From contig OX597831.1 of the NCBI GenBank assembly GCA_951406725.2, positions 40,610,001-40,674,000 of the forward strand: a stretch of 64,000 nucleotides of DNA. Reading direction: 5' to 3'. Positions 13,349 to 26,569 of the stretch are shown here, in pieces. The translations under genes and the position numbers were made by a program. The notes beneath the pieces were generated by a model that saw only the letters and a list, made by a program, of their open reading frames with translations, searched no databases and was not told the origin of the DNA. This stretch comes from Octopus vulgaris. Taxonomy: Eukaryota. Position 1 is the first letter of the stretch; each line of letters begins with the position of its first letter.

Positions 13349-14364
13349 AAGGATCTAATAACATATAAATATAAAATGATATACCAACCATTACGGCCGT
13401 CTTAAGCTTAGCGTATTCTCTTCTTGGATTCTTTTCTTTTTGCTCTTAATTCTGTTAAAAAATACATTTTAATATGTTTAACTTAGCTTATCTATTATTA
13501 CTTTCGTTTAGCTTTTTATACTAGATTGTAATTAATAGTTAATGATTTTAACACACTAATTAGCGCTTTACAACCAATGCACGTGCATTTTAAATAGATT
13601 TCAGCATAATTTTCGCAATCACAATTTCAAAGTAATTTAAATGCTGTAATTATCCCACTTACCGTACGTAAATATTATTTGAACTTTGCTTAACATTATT
13701 TTAATATTTTATTTATTCTCCAGTTTATATAGAAAAGGAAATGTGTACTGATAAGAACCTTCGTATTCTTTTCCCACTAATATGGAAATAGTTTGTCTTG
13801 AAAAGTATTTTTCATGCCGAATCGATTCTTTTTTAAAAGATCTTTCCAATAATTCTTACATCTGTCCAATCTTGTTCAGCTTCCTCAGAAGACTTAAACG
13901 ACAAAACCTCACTTAATGTGTTAGCAAGTTCAACATCTTCGTGTGTTTATTCCATCAACGTTAAAAGTTTTCACTTTGAATTACACTAGAACATTCCCCG
14001 TTATTTGAAGAAAGGAATATACATTCTGTTTCATTTTAAACATAGCTTTATATTTATAAAAAAAACACAAAGAAAGACATGTCTACTTGAGAACAAGCTC
14101 GTTTAGCAACCATGAGGTTTCATGTTCAGTCAATTCCCACTGTACGACGTCTAGATTAAGTGTCTTCTACTGTAGCATCGTGACAACTAAAGTGTTGTAA
14201 GTGAATTTGGTCAACGGAAACTGTGGAAGCTTGTCGTGTATAAATATTGGAGTGCCCTAAAATATACCTATGTACATACATATATGTAAATAAATATACG
14301 TGCGTGTATGTATGAGTATGAATGCATTTTTTGATCAGTGTATTTATATAAGTTTGCATATGTA

Positions 14365-14848
14365 TAGTGAGAATTTACAAAAAAAAAACAAAAGACGAAG
14401 ACGGGTGTGTAGACAACAAACAGATGTATTAGTTTAACGCTCGGGAAGTGAGAAAGTCTTTTGCGTTTCGAGCCTACGCTCTTCGACAGAAAGGAACACC
14501 GAAATAAACAGGATGAGAAAATAGAAAAAGGTATAGTAGCTAGCGATCTATCATGGCAAATGTTGGACAGAGGGGTCACACAGGAGAGCTAGGAAGAAGG
14601 AGAAATAATAAAGTAGTGGTGATTCCAAAACGAAGGTGCGCGTGCGTGTGTATGTGAAAGCGGGTATGTACGTTTGCGTGCGTGTGGAAGGGTGCTGGTG
14701 AACTTGACGTGTGCGTGTGCGCATGTGTAGGTGCGTGAATGATGATGTAGGTGTTGGGAATTGGTCAGTGCTAGTGTGCGCGGGGTGGTGTGATGTGGTG
14801 TGGTGTGGTGTGGTGTGGCATGGTGGTGTGTGGTGTGGTGTGGTAGTG

Positions 14849-14870
<22 letters not shown>
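14365..14870 (-). mobile_element. PLE pseudo-LTR fragment (U6-variant hammerhead family)
   Basis: Colinear with 43060-43520, including the GTGTG microsatellite. HHR-like motif at 14458-14493. Confidence 0.85.
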
Positions 14871-14881
<11 letters not shown>

Positions 14882-14917
14882 CTGTAAATATAATATGTGA
14901 CAATATTCGGTAGCCAT

Positions 14918-14963
14918 GATAAAACTTCGAGTTTCGGATATACGCCGCCATCTCTTCAGTTAT
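14918..14963 (-). ncRNA. Degenerate type I hammerhead motif next to a hairpin (14962-15093)
   Basis: Minus strand ATAA-CTGAAGA-gatggcggcgtatatcc-GAAA-CTcgaAG-TT-TTAT. Stems I and III pair; stem II is imperfect. Confidence 0.6.
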
Positions 14964-15243
14964 ATCGAAAAATATGCTATGAAAATGACCGTTAAACAAA
15001 GGGAAATTATTAAGAAAAACAGCTATTAATAATGGTCAATCACACAGTAATTTCTCTTGTTTTAACGGTCATTTTCATAGCATTTTTCGATATATGAAGA
15101 AATACAACTGGATACTATTATGCAATAAACCGTTGCATAATCAAATTCCTTGTATATATGAAAAACTATGATGTACGGAAACATGAGTAATGATTAAAAA
15201 CTAACTGTCCAATTGTACTCCTTCTTGTTGACTTATTCAATTT

Positions 15244-15342
<99 letters not shown>

Positions 15343-15403
15343 GTATGTATATATATACATATATATATATATGTATATATATACATATATTTATATGTAT
15401 ATA

Positions 15404-15474
<71 letters not shown>

Positions 15475-15480
15475 CCGAGA

Positions 15481-15710
15481 TTGTTAAAAATCAAACATCC
15501 AATCAACATCATGGCGTTTGGGGTTATCACTAGTGATGTCGACGTTATGCCTCCATTTATCTTCCCACCTGGCCTCAGGTTCAACACGGGGGCCTACATC
15601 AAATGCCTGGAGGAGGAAGTGCTGTCCCGGGTCAAGGGGGGCTGCTGGAAGACCCTATGTCTGGCAACAGGAATCTAAACCATGTCACCTAAGCAGGAAA
15701 GCCCAGTCGG
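15481..15710 (+). pseudogene. Tc1/mariner-superfamily (maT/DD37D-like) transposase fragment
   Basis: [43 protein letters not shown], then after a frameshift [16 protein letters not shown] (corresponds to the second-Asp motif QQDSAPxH). Confidence 0.8.
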
Positions 15711-15737
15711 CGGATATACATATGTGTATATATATAT

Positions 15738-15770
<33 letters not shown>

Positions 15771-15838
15771 AGTATATGCACAGACACACATATATATACA
15801 AGCACACATACACACACACACACACACATAGAAAAAGT

Positions 15839-15911
15839 TGTACGTTGGTGTAAATTGCTAGCACACTTCTCACGAAAACAAAGTAGTATGAGTTCGAGTC
15901 CCACGCGTACA
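15839..15911 (+). pseudogene. tRNA-like sequence (pseudogene or SINE head)
   Basis: Acceptor-like TGTACG/CGTACA, A-box-like TGGTGTAAATTG and B box GAGTTCGAGTCCC. The anticodon arm pairs poorly. Confidence 0.5.
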
Positions 15912-16073
15912 GGAAAGCCTACTTATTTCCGTTGGGGGCTTATATACCCCATTATTAGACTATTTTCTTTAGCCATAGCGCAGAGATGACTAATATGCTT
16001 TAAACTTATAAAATACTATTATTATCATTTACAGAATTGTAAAAAATCGACACTGCTTAACAAAAAAACCATC

Positions 16074-16142
<69 letters not shown>

Positions 16143-16143
<1 letters not shown>

Positions 16144-16353
16144 TCTTTACTCTTTTACTTGTTTCAGTCATTTGACTGCGGTCATGCTGGAGCACCGCCT
16201 TTAGTCAAGCAAATCGACCCCAAGACTTATTCTTTGTAAGCCCAGTACTTATTCTATCGGGGTCTTTTGCCGAACCGCTAAGTGACGGGGACGTAAACAC
16301 ACCAGCATCGGTTGTCAAGCAATGCTAGGGGGACAAACACAGACACACAAACA

Positions 16354-16391
<38 letters not shown>

Positions 16392-16580
16392 AATATATAT
16401 ATATATATATACATATATACGACAGGCTTCTTTCAGTTTCCGTCTACCAAATCCACTCACAAGGCATTGGTCGGCCCGAGGCTATAGCAGAAGACACTTG
16501 CCCAAGATGCCACGCAGTGGGACTGAACCAAGAACCATGTGGTTGGTAAGCAAGCTACTTACCACACAGTCACTCCTGCG

Positions 16581-16582
<2 letters not shown>
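16143..16582 (-). mobile_element. Full-length SINE family A
   Basis: Near-identical reverse complement of 56939-57344. Confidence 0.95.
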
Positions 16583-16631
<49 letters not shown>

Positions 16632-16637
16632 TATATA

Positions 16638-17155
16638 AGTTGAATAAAGTTAAAACATAGTCTGCTTTTCACGTTTTTTTTTATTATGCTATTTTAACAA
16701 AATTGGCGCTTTCATACATAATGTACTCATCAGATTTCAAATGTGTTTAACTGATAGTTAATATTTCGTTTCCACAAACTACATGACACAAGTGAGGTTA
16801 GAAGAAAGATAAAACAAAAACGGTTTATTAAAATGTTCAAACCTGTTCTGAATGGAAATAGCACCCGTAATATAACAACCAGTTAATGATGTGGATGAAT
16901 AAATATAAACGAGTTATAGAATATCGGTACGCCTGGCAATCCGTGATGTTTAAGAGCATACGGATTAATCAAGAAGGTATTCTAAAAATTCAGCTGGTTG
17001 GAGCGTCCTTAAAGGTACTAAAGTTGTCAAGAACTCAACTGTCAGTTAAACACATTTGAAATCTGATGAGAAGGCTATGTATGAAAGTACTCATTTTATT
17101 AAAATACCATAATAAAAAACGTAAAAACCAGACTGTTTTAACTTTATTCAACTGA
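16638..17155 (+). mobile_element. 5'-truncated PLE with inverted pseudo-LTR arms, each holding a hammerhead motif
   Basis: Inverted arms at 16638-16760 and 17035-17155. 16761-16886 encodes IFRFHKLHDTSEVRRKIKQKRFIKMFKPVLNG, homologous to the endonuclease C-terminus at 35300-35400. HHR cores at 16699-16739 (-) and 17057-17098 (+). Confidence 0.85.
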
Positions 17156-17398
17156 TATATTATTTTATACACAGTCACACAAATTCGAAACAATAAAACA
17201 ATGTAAATTTCTCCCCCCCCCCGCCTCAATTTAAGAAAAAAAATTTCTTTTCACCTTTCAATTCATGAAAATTTGCATTGCGATGAAAACCGGTTAGAGT
17301 TAATATCTAAACAGAATATTTTTTTTATTTTCCATCCACCCACTTTTATTAAAATTTACCTTCAGTTTAGCATTCTTCTTTTTTATAATTTTTCCTCG

Positions 17399-17431
<33 letters not shown>

Positions 17432-17635
17432 CAATAAGAAAATGGAGGGAATCAATAGGTAATATTCATCAACTTTTAGACATTATATTATGTCAATTTA
17501 TTTATTTATTTACTAAAAGGAAAATTACAACAATATACATACATGTATAACATATTAATGCTTTACGTATATAATATATAAAGATATCAGTAATTATTAA
17601 ATTATATAACATACTGGAATAGAAATTGGGGTAAT

Positions 17636-17759
17636 ATCTTACAGCTGTTTCAGCCAAGAGGCAAAAATACCTCATTCTACCTTTATCCTTCCAGTAGACT
17701 GAAGTAATTAGTAGACGAAATTGAGGTACTTGGGTGTTTCTCTAGGCTTCGTCAGAGAT
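17636..17759 (-). ncRNA. Type I hammerhead ribozyme with long stem II
   Basis: ATCT-CTGACGA-AGCCtAGAG...CTCTtGGCT-GAAA-CAGCTG-TA-AGAT. Intact core, 4-bp stem I, palindromic stem III, GUA site. Confidence 0.85.
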
Positions 17760-18227
17760 TTTAGAAAGTACATAAGGTTAAGTTATAAATATATGTAGAG
17801 AGAGAGAGAGGGGAGCAGAGAGAGGGGGAGAGAGAGGGGGAAAGAGAGGGGGAGAGAGTATAATATGATGAATATTAGCATAATGCTATGTAATATAAAA
17901 GGTGTAAAACATGAATGTTTGAGTTAATTATTCTGCTAATCGTCTTTCAAAATAGTTAAACGACACCATGTCATTGCTAGAGCGATGTATCAGAGATTTT
18001 AGAAAGTACATAAGGTTAAGTTATAAATATATGTAGAGAGAGAGAGGGTGAGAGAGAGAGGAGAGAGAGGAGGGAGAGAGAGGGGAGAGAGGGAGTATAA
18101 TATGATGAATATTAGCATAATGCTATGTAATATAAAAGGTGTAAAACATGAATGTTTGAGTTAATTATTCTGCTAATCGTCTTTTCAAATAGTTAAATGA
18201 CACCGTGTCATTGCTACAGCGACGTAT
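17752..18227. repeat. ~238-bp tandem duplication
   Basis: 17752-17989 and 17990-18227 both start TCAGAGATTTTAGAAAGTAC. They differ mainly in the GA-rich tract. Confidence 0.92.
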
Positions 18228-18528
18228 CCATTTCCTGACGATCCAGACTACGTCGCTCTAAATTAGCACCAGCGACTAGAAATTTCAGCCACCAGCAGAT
18301 TGGTGAACGTCTTGTTATACTGGTTCCAAATTTTAGCACAAGGCCAGAAATTTTGGTTAGATCGATCCCCAGTGATCATAATGCTCACCTCGGACGCACT
18401 AGAGTCATACTACCTGGCACCTTGGCAAGCGTCTTGTATGGCTCTGGGCGGACAAAATCCTTGAAAGGTGATTTATTAAAAGGAAACTGGAAAACTCGTC
18501 ACACGCACACACACACACATACACACAT

Positions 18529-18578
<50 letters not shown>

Positions 18579-19741
18579 ACACACATGGATCAAAACAGCT
18601 TAATTCAAATTTCCAGTGCCCGACGATAAGCATGATCTCGTGCTTTTAAACTTTAATTACCACAGAATTTGAATCAAACTCTTTTGGCCCATACATGTAA
18701 CCGCCAATAAATTAGTTGAGTGTCCATCTTTTGCTTGTCTAATCACTCGTATATATATATATATATATATATATAGTTCAAATTTACAGAAAATAAAACA
18801 CAAAAACAGGTGCGGGAACAACAAGGTGGCGTATTAGTTTGACGCACGGGAAGAACGGAAATATCTTTGGCGTTCCGATACACGACGTATGTGCGTCTTC
18901 GTGTATACATCTAAACCCCATAACCGCTTGACAACCGGTGTTTGTTTGATTACGTTTTCATAAAACATCGGTTCGATAAAAGAAACCTGGCTTAAAAACA
19001 ATAAGTCTTACAGTCGATCTTTTCGACTAAACCTTTAAAGGCAGTGCCCCCAGTATGGCGGCAGTCCAGTGACGGAAACAGGTTAACAGTGAAAGTTAAA
19101 ATGATTATACAAAACCGTTTCACCTCACCGCGAAGTAACAGACTTCGGTGCTTTTTCAATTAATTCTCGTTTCTTTATTCGTCTTATTTTTCGAGAAAAT
19201 CTGTGCATTAAAATTTTCTCTTGATTCAACAAACACAAAGGTGTTCGTGGCGTATTTTTTCTTATATGATCTCATCTTATCGAGCTGTGATTTCTTTTAT
19301 TTATGCAATGAAATATTTATTTAAATAAACACTTTAATAGTACATCGATTTTGAAACAGTGATGTCTTACAGCACTCACACACATACACACACATACACA
19401 CAAAAATACAGCTCACTGTCAGATAAACTGTGACTAAACTGTACCCTGCTAGAATTTGGTGCTATCGCTAAAAATCTGTTGTGTTACAAAGAATAGATTC
19501 TTGACTAACGAACCGGAAAAAATAATCGTAAAAAATAGGTATAAAGTAAACGGACTTAAAGAACGTTAAAATGTCTTTGATTCCAGTTACTATGTATTGA
19601 ATTGGGGGTATGTATTCGTATACACACACACATATATATACATATACATACATACGTTTGTTTACGTTTTTCATGTTATTTGCACCGTTGGTGACGTTCT
19701 GTATCCATATATGCTTGTATAACACACACACACACACACAC

Positions 19742-19825
<84 letters not shown>

Positions 19826-19984
19826 CTCGAATATATCCTTTGAGTTCGTTCACAGGAAACGCTTTTGAATATGCATATAAAAGTTTCCATCTTATTATGT
19901 TGACGGCAGCCTAATGATACGAACTGACAATAGCAGTTTTATGGGGTAGCACCGAGCAGTACCGATATAATGTAGGATAAATAC

Positions 19985-20017
<33 letters not shown>

Positions 20018-20054
20018 TAAAAAAATAATAATAATAATGATAATAATAATAGTA

Positions 20055-20137
<83 letters not shown>

Positions 20138-20179
20138 AAGAAGAAGAAGAAGAAGAAGAAGAAGAAGAAAGAAAGAAAG

Positions 20180-20498
20180 AAAGGAAGAAAAGGCTGATGA
20201 ATATGGCGACCTGAGAACTGAGATCGCTAAATTGTGGCAGCTACAAGAGTCAAACATAAAGGTTATCCCTATTTTCATCGGAACATTGGGTTTAATACCA
20301 CCCAATCTGGAAAAAAAACTTTAGAAGTACTCTACAATCTAGGCGTATTGCAAAAGTCGGCATTACTTGGAACTGCACGCACATTGCGTAATACACTGTC
20401 TGTCTGAGGTACTTGTTGTGACTTGACAACAGTAGAAACCCCCAGTAGACGCAGTATCTTCAATCAAAAGCCTCACGATAATGTATACTGTGCGACGT

Positions 20499-20500
<2 letters not shown>
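20180..20500 (+). mobile_element. 3' fragment of R4/Dong-like non-LTR retrotransposon
   Basis: EEKADEYGDLRTEIAKLW...VIPIFIGTLG, then after a frameshift LQKSALLGTARTLRNTLSV*. A short 3' UTR is followed by (TAA)n. Confidence 0.8.
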
Positions 20501-20564
<64 letters not shown>

Positions 20565-20594
20565 AAGAAGAAGAAGAAGAAGAAGAAGAAGAAG

Positions 20595-20633
<39 letters not shown>

Positions 20634-20695
20634 AACAATGATGATGATGATGATAATAATAACAATAACAACAACAACAACAACAACAATAATAA

Positions 20696-20911
20696 TAATC
20701 CTTTCTACTAAAGGCACAAGGTCTGAAATTTTGGAAAAGGGGCCTAATCAATTGCTTCGAACCCAGTGCTCCACTAGTACTTAATTTATCGACCCCGAAA
20801 AGATGAAGGGCAAAGCCGACCTCGGTGGAATTTGAACTCAGAACGTAGAGACAGACGAAATACCGCTAAGCATTTCGCCCGGCGTGCTAACGATTCTGCC
20901 AGTTCGCTAGC
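20696..20911 (-). mobile_element. SINE family B, alternative-tail subfamily
   Basis: Same head and body as 6333-6563, but with tail CCTTGTGCCTTTAGTAGAAAGG(ATT)n. Confidence 0.9.
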
Positions 20912-20970
<59 letters not shown>

Positions 20971-20972
<2 letters not shown>

Positions 20973-21795
20973 TTTCTTTATTAACCACAAGGGTTTACAT
21001 GACGAAAATCATTATGGACTGCAGATGTCGTAGCCTTTGCGCATGTCTGCTCATCATCAATCACGGCATGCCCAGCACACCACGCAGCGGATGCTGACAG
21101 CAGATAGACCGCCTGACCACCGGGACACGTCCCTTTCCAAGATGCTGAAGAGTATACGTCCCAGTGTAATCAGACGGTGGCCAGGACAAGGCAGAACAGT
21201 CAGGCGATAATAGATTGATGGACGCGATATATGCGTTAGCCACCTCTGCCCGACCATTCAGGGACCGTTTTCTCTCGACCCATTTCTGGGTGAGAGTAGT
21301 CACTCTGTTCGTCACTTTGTCCAACTGGAAGTCCGGACCGAACCAGACCCCGAGCAATTTAACCGGTCCGTCCAGCGTTCACCGACGCAGTTGGACGGCA
21401 TTCCAGTTGCAGAGCCGCAAGCCCACTGATTTACCCTGGTTAATTGTCACTCGTGAAATCGCGCTGTCGTCCCTGAGAGCGGTGCTAATAATTTCTATGT
21501 GCTTATGATCCGACACCACTACAGTGATGTCGTCGGCATATGCCGAAACACATTTCCCACGTCCTAGGTCACGCGAGATGTCTCTCAACGCCTTCAGCTT
21601 GTGTAGAAGTGGCTCGAGAATCAGTACGTAGAGGAGAGACGAGAGAGGACAACCTTGCCGGACCAAGCGCATGATTTTTTAACGGCTCTGAGAGGTGACC
21701 CTTCACTCTGACCACTGAACAGATGTCGCTGTCTATTGCAGCGATCCAGCCCCTGAATAGAGACCCTAAACCAGCTGCCTTGTGGATCGCCGCCT
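20971..21795 (-). mobile_element. L1/Tx1-clade ORF2 reverse-transcriptase fragment joined to its 3' terminus
   Basis: VRQGCPLSSLLYVLILEPLL, SAYADDITV, LGVWFGPD and SLNGRAEVAN motifs with frameshifts. Ends CCCTTGTGGTTAATAAAGAAATC then (ATT)n. Confidence 0.88.
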
Positions 21796-21929
21796 CCCCT
21801 AATGGATTCCCGACGACAAGCGCCTATCTTGGCTAAGATTTAGAACTTTGCATTCAGCAGAGTTATGTCAAAACAATCCCGCTTGCATAGCATACAAAGG
21901 TTTAGAAAATGATCATGATAAAGTAATAA

Positions 21930-22670
21930 AAAAAAAATTTTAAATAAGAATTTTTTTAATAAAAGTAGCGGGGAGGATTATAGAGATGTAGTCCTCCTGA
22001 TACAGGGAGGCCTCTAGGGATAACCCCACTATCAGAAATTTTCCTAAAACCCTAACAAGTGCCCTTTCCAATTCCTTCTCTCCGACGTACAGGTCTAGAC
22101 TTCGAGAAGTACCATCCACTTTTGCCATTTTCGCAACTTTCACCCACCTTTCAATAAATTCACTCGAGAACAGCACTTTCCTCCGCACTCTCAATTTCCC
22201 TTTCAAGCGAAACTTCAAGAAGTCAATGAGAGCTCTACCAAAGAGGAATGTATCTGTCCTCTTTCCTTTCAGCCTTGTCCACCAAACAACCTGTTTCACC
22301 AGAGCCACCAGGCAAAGGAAAACTGCCTTGCCGGCTCGATTGAAGAAGGGCGGCGGTGCGATCGTCAGTACATACTCAGCCGACAGACGGATCCGTTCCA
22401 CACGTGACAGCAGCTGTTCGACATAATCCCACAAGTCAGCAATGCCCAGACACTAAACGAGGGCGTGCAGGACGGTTTCGTCACTCTGTGCACACCACGA
22501 ACAAGCCCGTCTGACAGCATATCCGTGCCTGTAGAGTTTATCTCGCACCGCTGCCTCCACCACCCCCAGTAGCACTGCCAGACAAAGGATATCTGGAAAT
22601 TATTAATGATAGTTCCCTATCGGAAAGTCCCCAGGAACAGACTAGCCTGTTCCTTCTCGTCGGTACCCAA
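21930..22670 (-). mobile_element. L1/Tx1-clade ORF2 C-terminal (Cys/His) fragment
   Basis: C..CAQSDETVLHALV...ADLWDYVEQLL...WWTR...FIERW pattern typical of L1/Tx1 ORF2 ends. Confidence 0.8.
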
Positions 22671-22678
22671 TAATCCAC

Positions 22679-23870
22679 GGATGGAATTTATAAATATTCT
22701 CATGGATCGCTACGCGCGTTTCCACAAATCACATGTTTCTTACGATCATAGTCCGTATTCCTGGGATGATTAGAGTACAGTCCGTAATATCCATGGACAT
22801 TGGGTGGATCATATTCATACGTTCATTTCTTTGGGCGCTATGGCATTAACGTTGGCAGAAGTGGTTGTATAACTGAGGGTTGATTGGGTTATGTGGTCAA
22901 TTATGTGCGTGTTTGGTGGGAAGGAGTAGAAGATGATGGAAAAAGAGAAATGAATGATCGTTATAAAGAAGAGGGAGATGTGGTGTTAGACTTATTTTGT
23001 ATTTGAGTACGCAGATGTCGTATGTCGAACATACGACCCACTGTACTATGATAAAAAGGCTGCACCACACAGTAGAACATTGCAGGTGTGAAATTTATGC
23101 CTTGAGGAAATCCTGGGGATGATCACATTCAGAGAGAACGTAATTGATAGACACTCCGTGATAATTATGTCAGGCAAGCATAAAAGCAAAACATCATTCC
23201 TAGAATTCGAAAAATATTTTGAAACTGAGAAACTCTAACCGTCTTCAGCATATAATGGAACAATAGAAGAACATACAAACAACTAAACAAAGTAGCCATT
23301 TTATTCATACCATTATACGCTATACCATTATACCACTAAAAGTAATCAAAAGTTCGTTTTAAGAGAATATCATTTGCCAACGCAGACAATGAACTTCAAC
23401 AACTGAATAGCTGCACTTGTTGACCCTACTATATCTGAATTCATTGAGGGGTGTCTGCTGTTACTAAGGTCAAACCAACGAACTATATTACCCATCCTGA
23501 CATCTGTATACCCAAATATCAAAATAAGGCTAACACAGCTCACTCTCCTTTATAACTACCATTCCTTTCTCTCTTTCCATCACCTTCTACTGCTCCGCAC
23601 CAAACACACAAATTTTGCTCACATAACTCAATCAACTTTTCATTGGTCGAAGTTGATAAAGATAAACAACCCACAGCTTTACACCCGCCGCTTCCAAAGT
23701 CAATGCCATCAAACTTGAAGAAATGAACGCATGGATATAATCCAGCCCATGTCCATGGATGTTACGAGCAATACTGTAATCATCCTAGGAATACGGACTA
23801 TGATCGTAAGAAACATGTGATTTGTGGAAACGCGCCTAGCAATGCATTAAAATATTCTTAAATTCCATCT
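22679..23870. repeat. Long diverged inverted repeat (~340-370-bp arms), probable PLE inverted pseudo-LTR pair
   Basis: 22679-23020 is the reverse complement of about 23497-23870. The arms include the HHR 3'-half-like GAAACGCGCGTA. Confidence 0.8.
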
Positions 23871-23894
23871 ATCAATTATCATTATTATTATTGT

Positions 23895-23934
<40 letters not shown>

Positions 23935-23993
23935 TATATATATATACATACATACATATACATATATATATATATATATGTATACATATATGT

Positions 23994-24039
<46 letters not shown>

Positions 24040-24660
24040 TAATAAATAAAATATATGCATACATACAAACATATATGTACGTACCTACATCTACATGTAC
24101 ATATACATGCATATATAAATATATACGTAAGTACAGGACACCACAACTAGACGTAGAACTCAACGAGAAACGAAAACGGAAAAACAAGCATGGAACAAAC
24201 CATTTTTTTTACAACAGAAAAACAGAGTACAAGGCAAACTACACAAGGAAAAATCCCCTTCATCAGCTGTCTCTAGTTCGACTCTAGCGTGTTTCGAAGG
24301 TAAGACAGAACACGACTCGTCGAAACTAGCCCTTCCTGCGAGAGAATTAAAATAAAATTACTTCGCAGAGGGGTAAAAACAAGAAAGAAAAAAAAATAAA
24401 TAAAAGGTAACACAAACAGGACGTAAAAACGATACAAATAAAAATACAAAATAAATTACAAGATAAAAATACATGTACAAGAAAATACAATACGAGAAAT
24501 AAAAATAAACAAGAAAACAAACAAAAAGTCCTTTTTCTGGCTTAGACTGAGGAGATTCTGGCAGCGCAAGGGAAAGCAAATGTGTGTTCACAGTTTGAAG
24601 GCCGCATGTAAAAAGGAAGTAGTTTTGGCTAGCAGTGACAAAGATGAGGCCTCATCTTTG
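24040..24660 (-). repeat. Interspersed repeat, probable PLE 3' region (second copy at 62825-63470)
   Basis: Two colinear ~600-bp copies. Both contain CTGAT(G/T)A and GAAAC motifs on the minus strand. Confidence 0.7.
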
Positions 24661-24889
24661 TCATGGGCGACTGCTGGTCTTCCATAAACAACATTGTCCG
24701 GACTTGTGCTTCGGAGAGTAACTTTCTAAGTGCAATCCCATGGCCATTTATGACCGAAGGGGGGTTATATGGTGTTATCTATTCTCTTAAAGAGAATCTT
24801 GGACGATATACAGCAAAACAGGTTAATAAAAGAAGAAACAAATCGCATGCGTTCCTGATAACATGTATTGATTTTAACTTTTAGTAAAA

Positions 24890-25184
24890 GTCCAGCATTT
24901 GGGTGGGGAGTAAGTCGCTTACATCAACTCCAATACTCAGCTTGTACTTATTTTATCGACCTTGAAAGGATGAAAGGTAAAGTCACCCTAGGTAGAATTT
25001 GTACTCAGAACGTAAATATGGCGTAGGAGTGGCTGTGTGGTAAGTAGCTGGCTTACGAACCACATGGTTCCGGGTTCAGTCCCACTGCGTGACACCTTGG
25101 GCGAGTATCTTCTAGTATAGCCTCGGGCCGACCAAAGCCTTGTGAGTGGATTTAGTAGACGGAAACTGAAAGAAGCCCTTCGTA

Positions 25185-25247
<63 letters not shown>

Positions 25248-25414
25248 TTAGGGATAAAACCACTGTTAGGCAAATCAAACAGTGAAAATCATAAACCAAT
25301 ACATAGAAATAAAATTAATTAATAAAAAATATATAAAATTCAAAATTAAATTATTTAAATTTAAACTTAAATTTAAAGTTTTTTTTAAATATATATATTT
25401 ATATATTATATACA

Positions 25415-25493
<79 letters not shown>

Positions 25494-25776
25494 ATATGTT
25501 TATGTGTTTTTGTTTGTCCCCCAACATCGCTTGACAACCGATGCTGGTGTGTTTACGTCCCCGTAACTTAGCGGTTCGGCAAGAGAGACCGATAGAATAA
25601 GTAGTAGGCTTACAAAGAATAAGTCCTGGGGTCGATTTGTTCGACTAAAGGCGGTGCTCCAGCATGGCCGCAGTCAATGACTGAAACAAATAAAGGAGTA
25701 AAAGAGTAAAGAGTATGGACGAAATACCGCTAAGAATTTTGTCCGTCGTGCAGACGATTCTGCCAGCTCACCGCCT
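24890..25776. mobile_element. SINE B (-) interrupted by SINE A (+, 25020-25713)
   Basis: B sequence stops at 25019 and resumes at 25714. TATGG is present at both junctions. Confidence 0.85.
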
Positions 25777-26569
25777 TAATTCTTGATAATAAATATGAGA
25801 TGTAACATGAAAACAATTTAACATGAAAAGGGTTAAAAAGGTCTGGAACACCCTCGTTTTAGGTGAAGATCAAGCTCCCTTAGCTGTGAAGATATAGTGA
25901 TGCGACGGAAACTTCGTGGGCTCCAACGGAATAAGACAACTGAGCGCGGCTATAAGGGTGCTGAAGAATTGATACGGCTGACTGAAGGAAAACACAAACA
26001 CACAGACATATGCACAGAAATATACGCTAAGAGAGAGAGAGAGAGAGAGGAAGGGAGATAGCAAAAGAGGGAGAGAGAATGAGCAACGTTACCGTTTATT
26101 AATTGAATACGATTGACATAAACACATTCTTGCTTCTCATACATATAAAGAGAAATATCCTCGCACACATACACAAAGAGAGCGGAGGGGAGAGAGAAAG
26201 AGAGACAGACAGAAGACAAAGACAGACAAAAATAGAGACAGAGAAAGAGAACGAGAAAGAAAGGGAGACAGACAGATAGACAGGAAGAGAGCAACATTAA
26301 AACATGAGAAAAATTAAAAGTCTACTGTCAAACAAGTCAGCGTCGAATCAGCGATGCCGAATACGCAACGCCAAAACGGCTGTGCCAGCACGTCTCATGC
26401 TCGGTTATAGTTGGTCTAAAGAATAAACATAGTTACAACAACCAAGGTAAATAGATTACTTTTAGTTGTCTATATGGGTACGAGAAATCTCACAAGACTT
26501 CCGACCGAGATACAATGAATTGGCTAAACATAGAAATAGAGAAATTGGCCATCGATACATGCAGCTGTA

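Noticed and set aside
24250-24345. Possible hammerhead from CCTTC-GAAAC...CTGATGA-AGGGG, also at 63065-63155
   Set aside because: Stem pairing is inconsistent between the two copies, and the second core reads CTGATTA.
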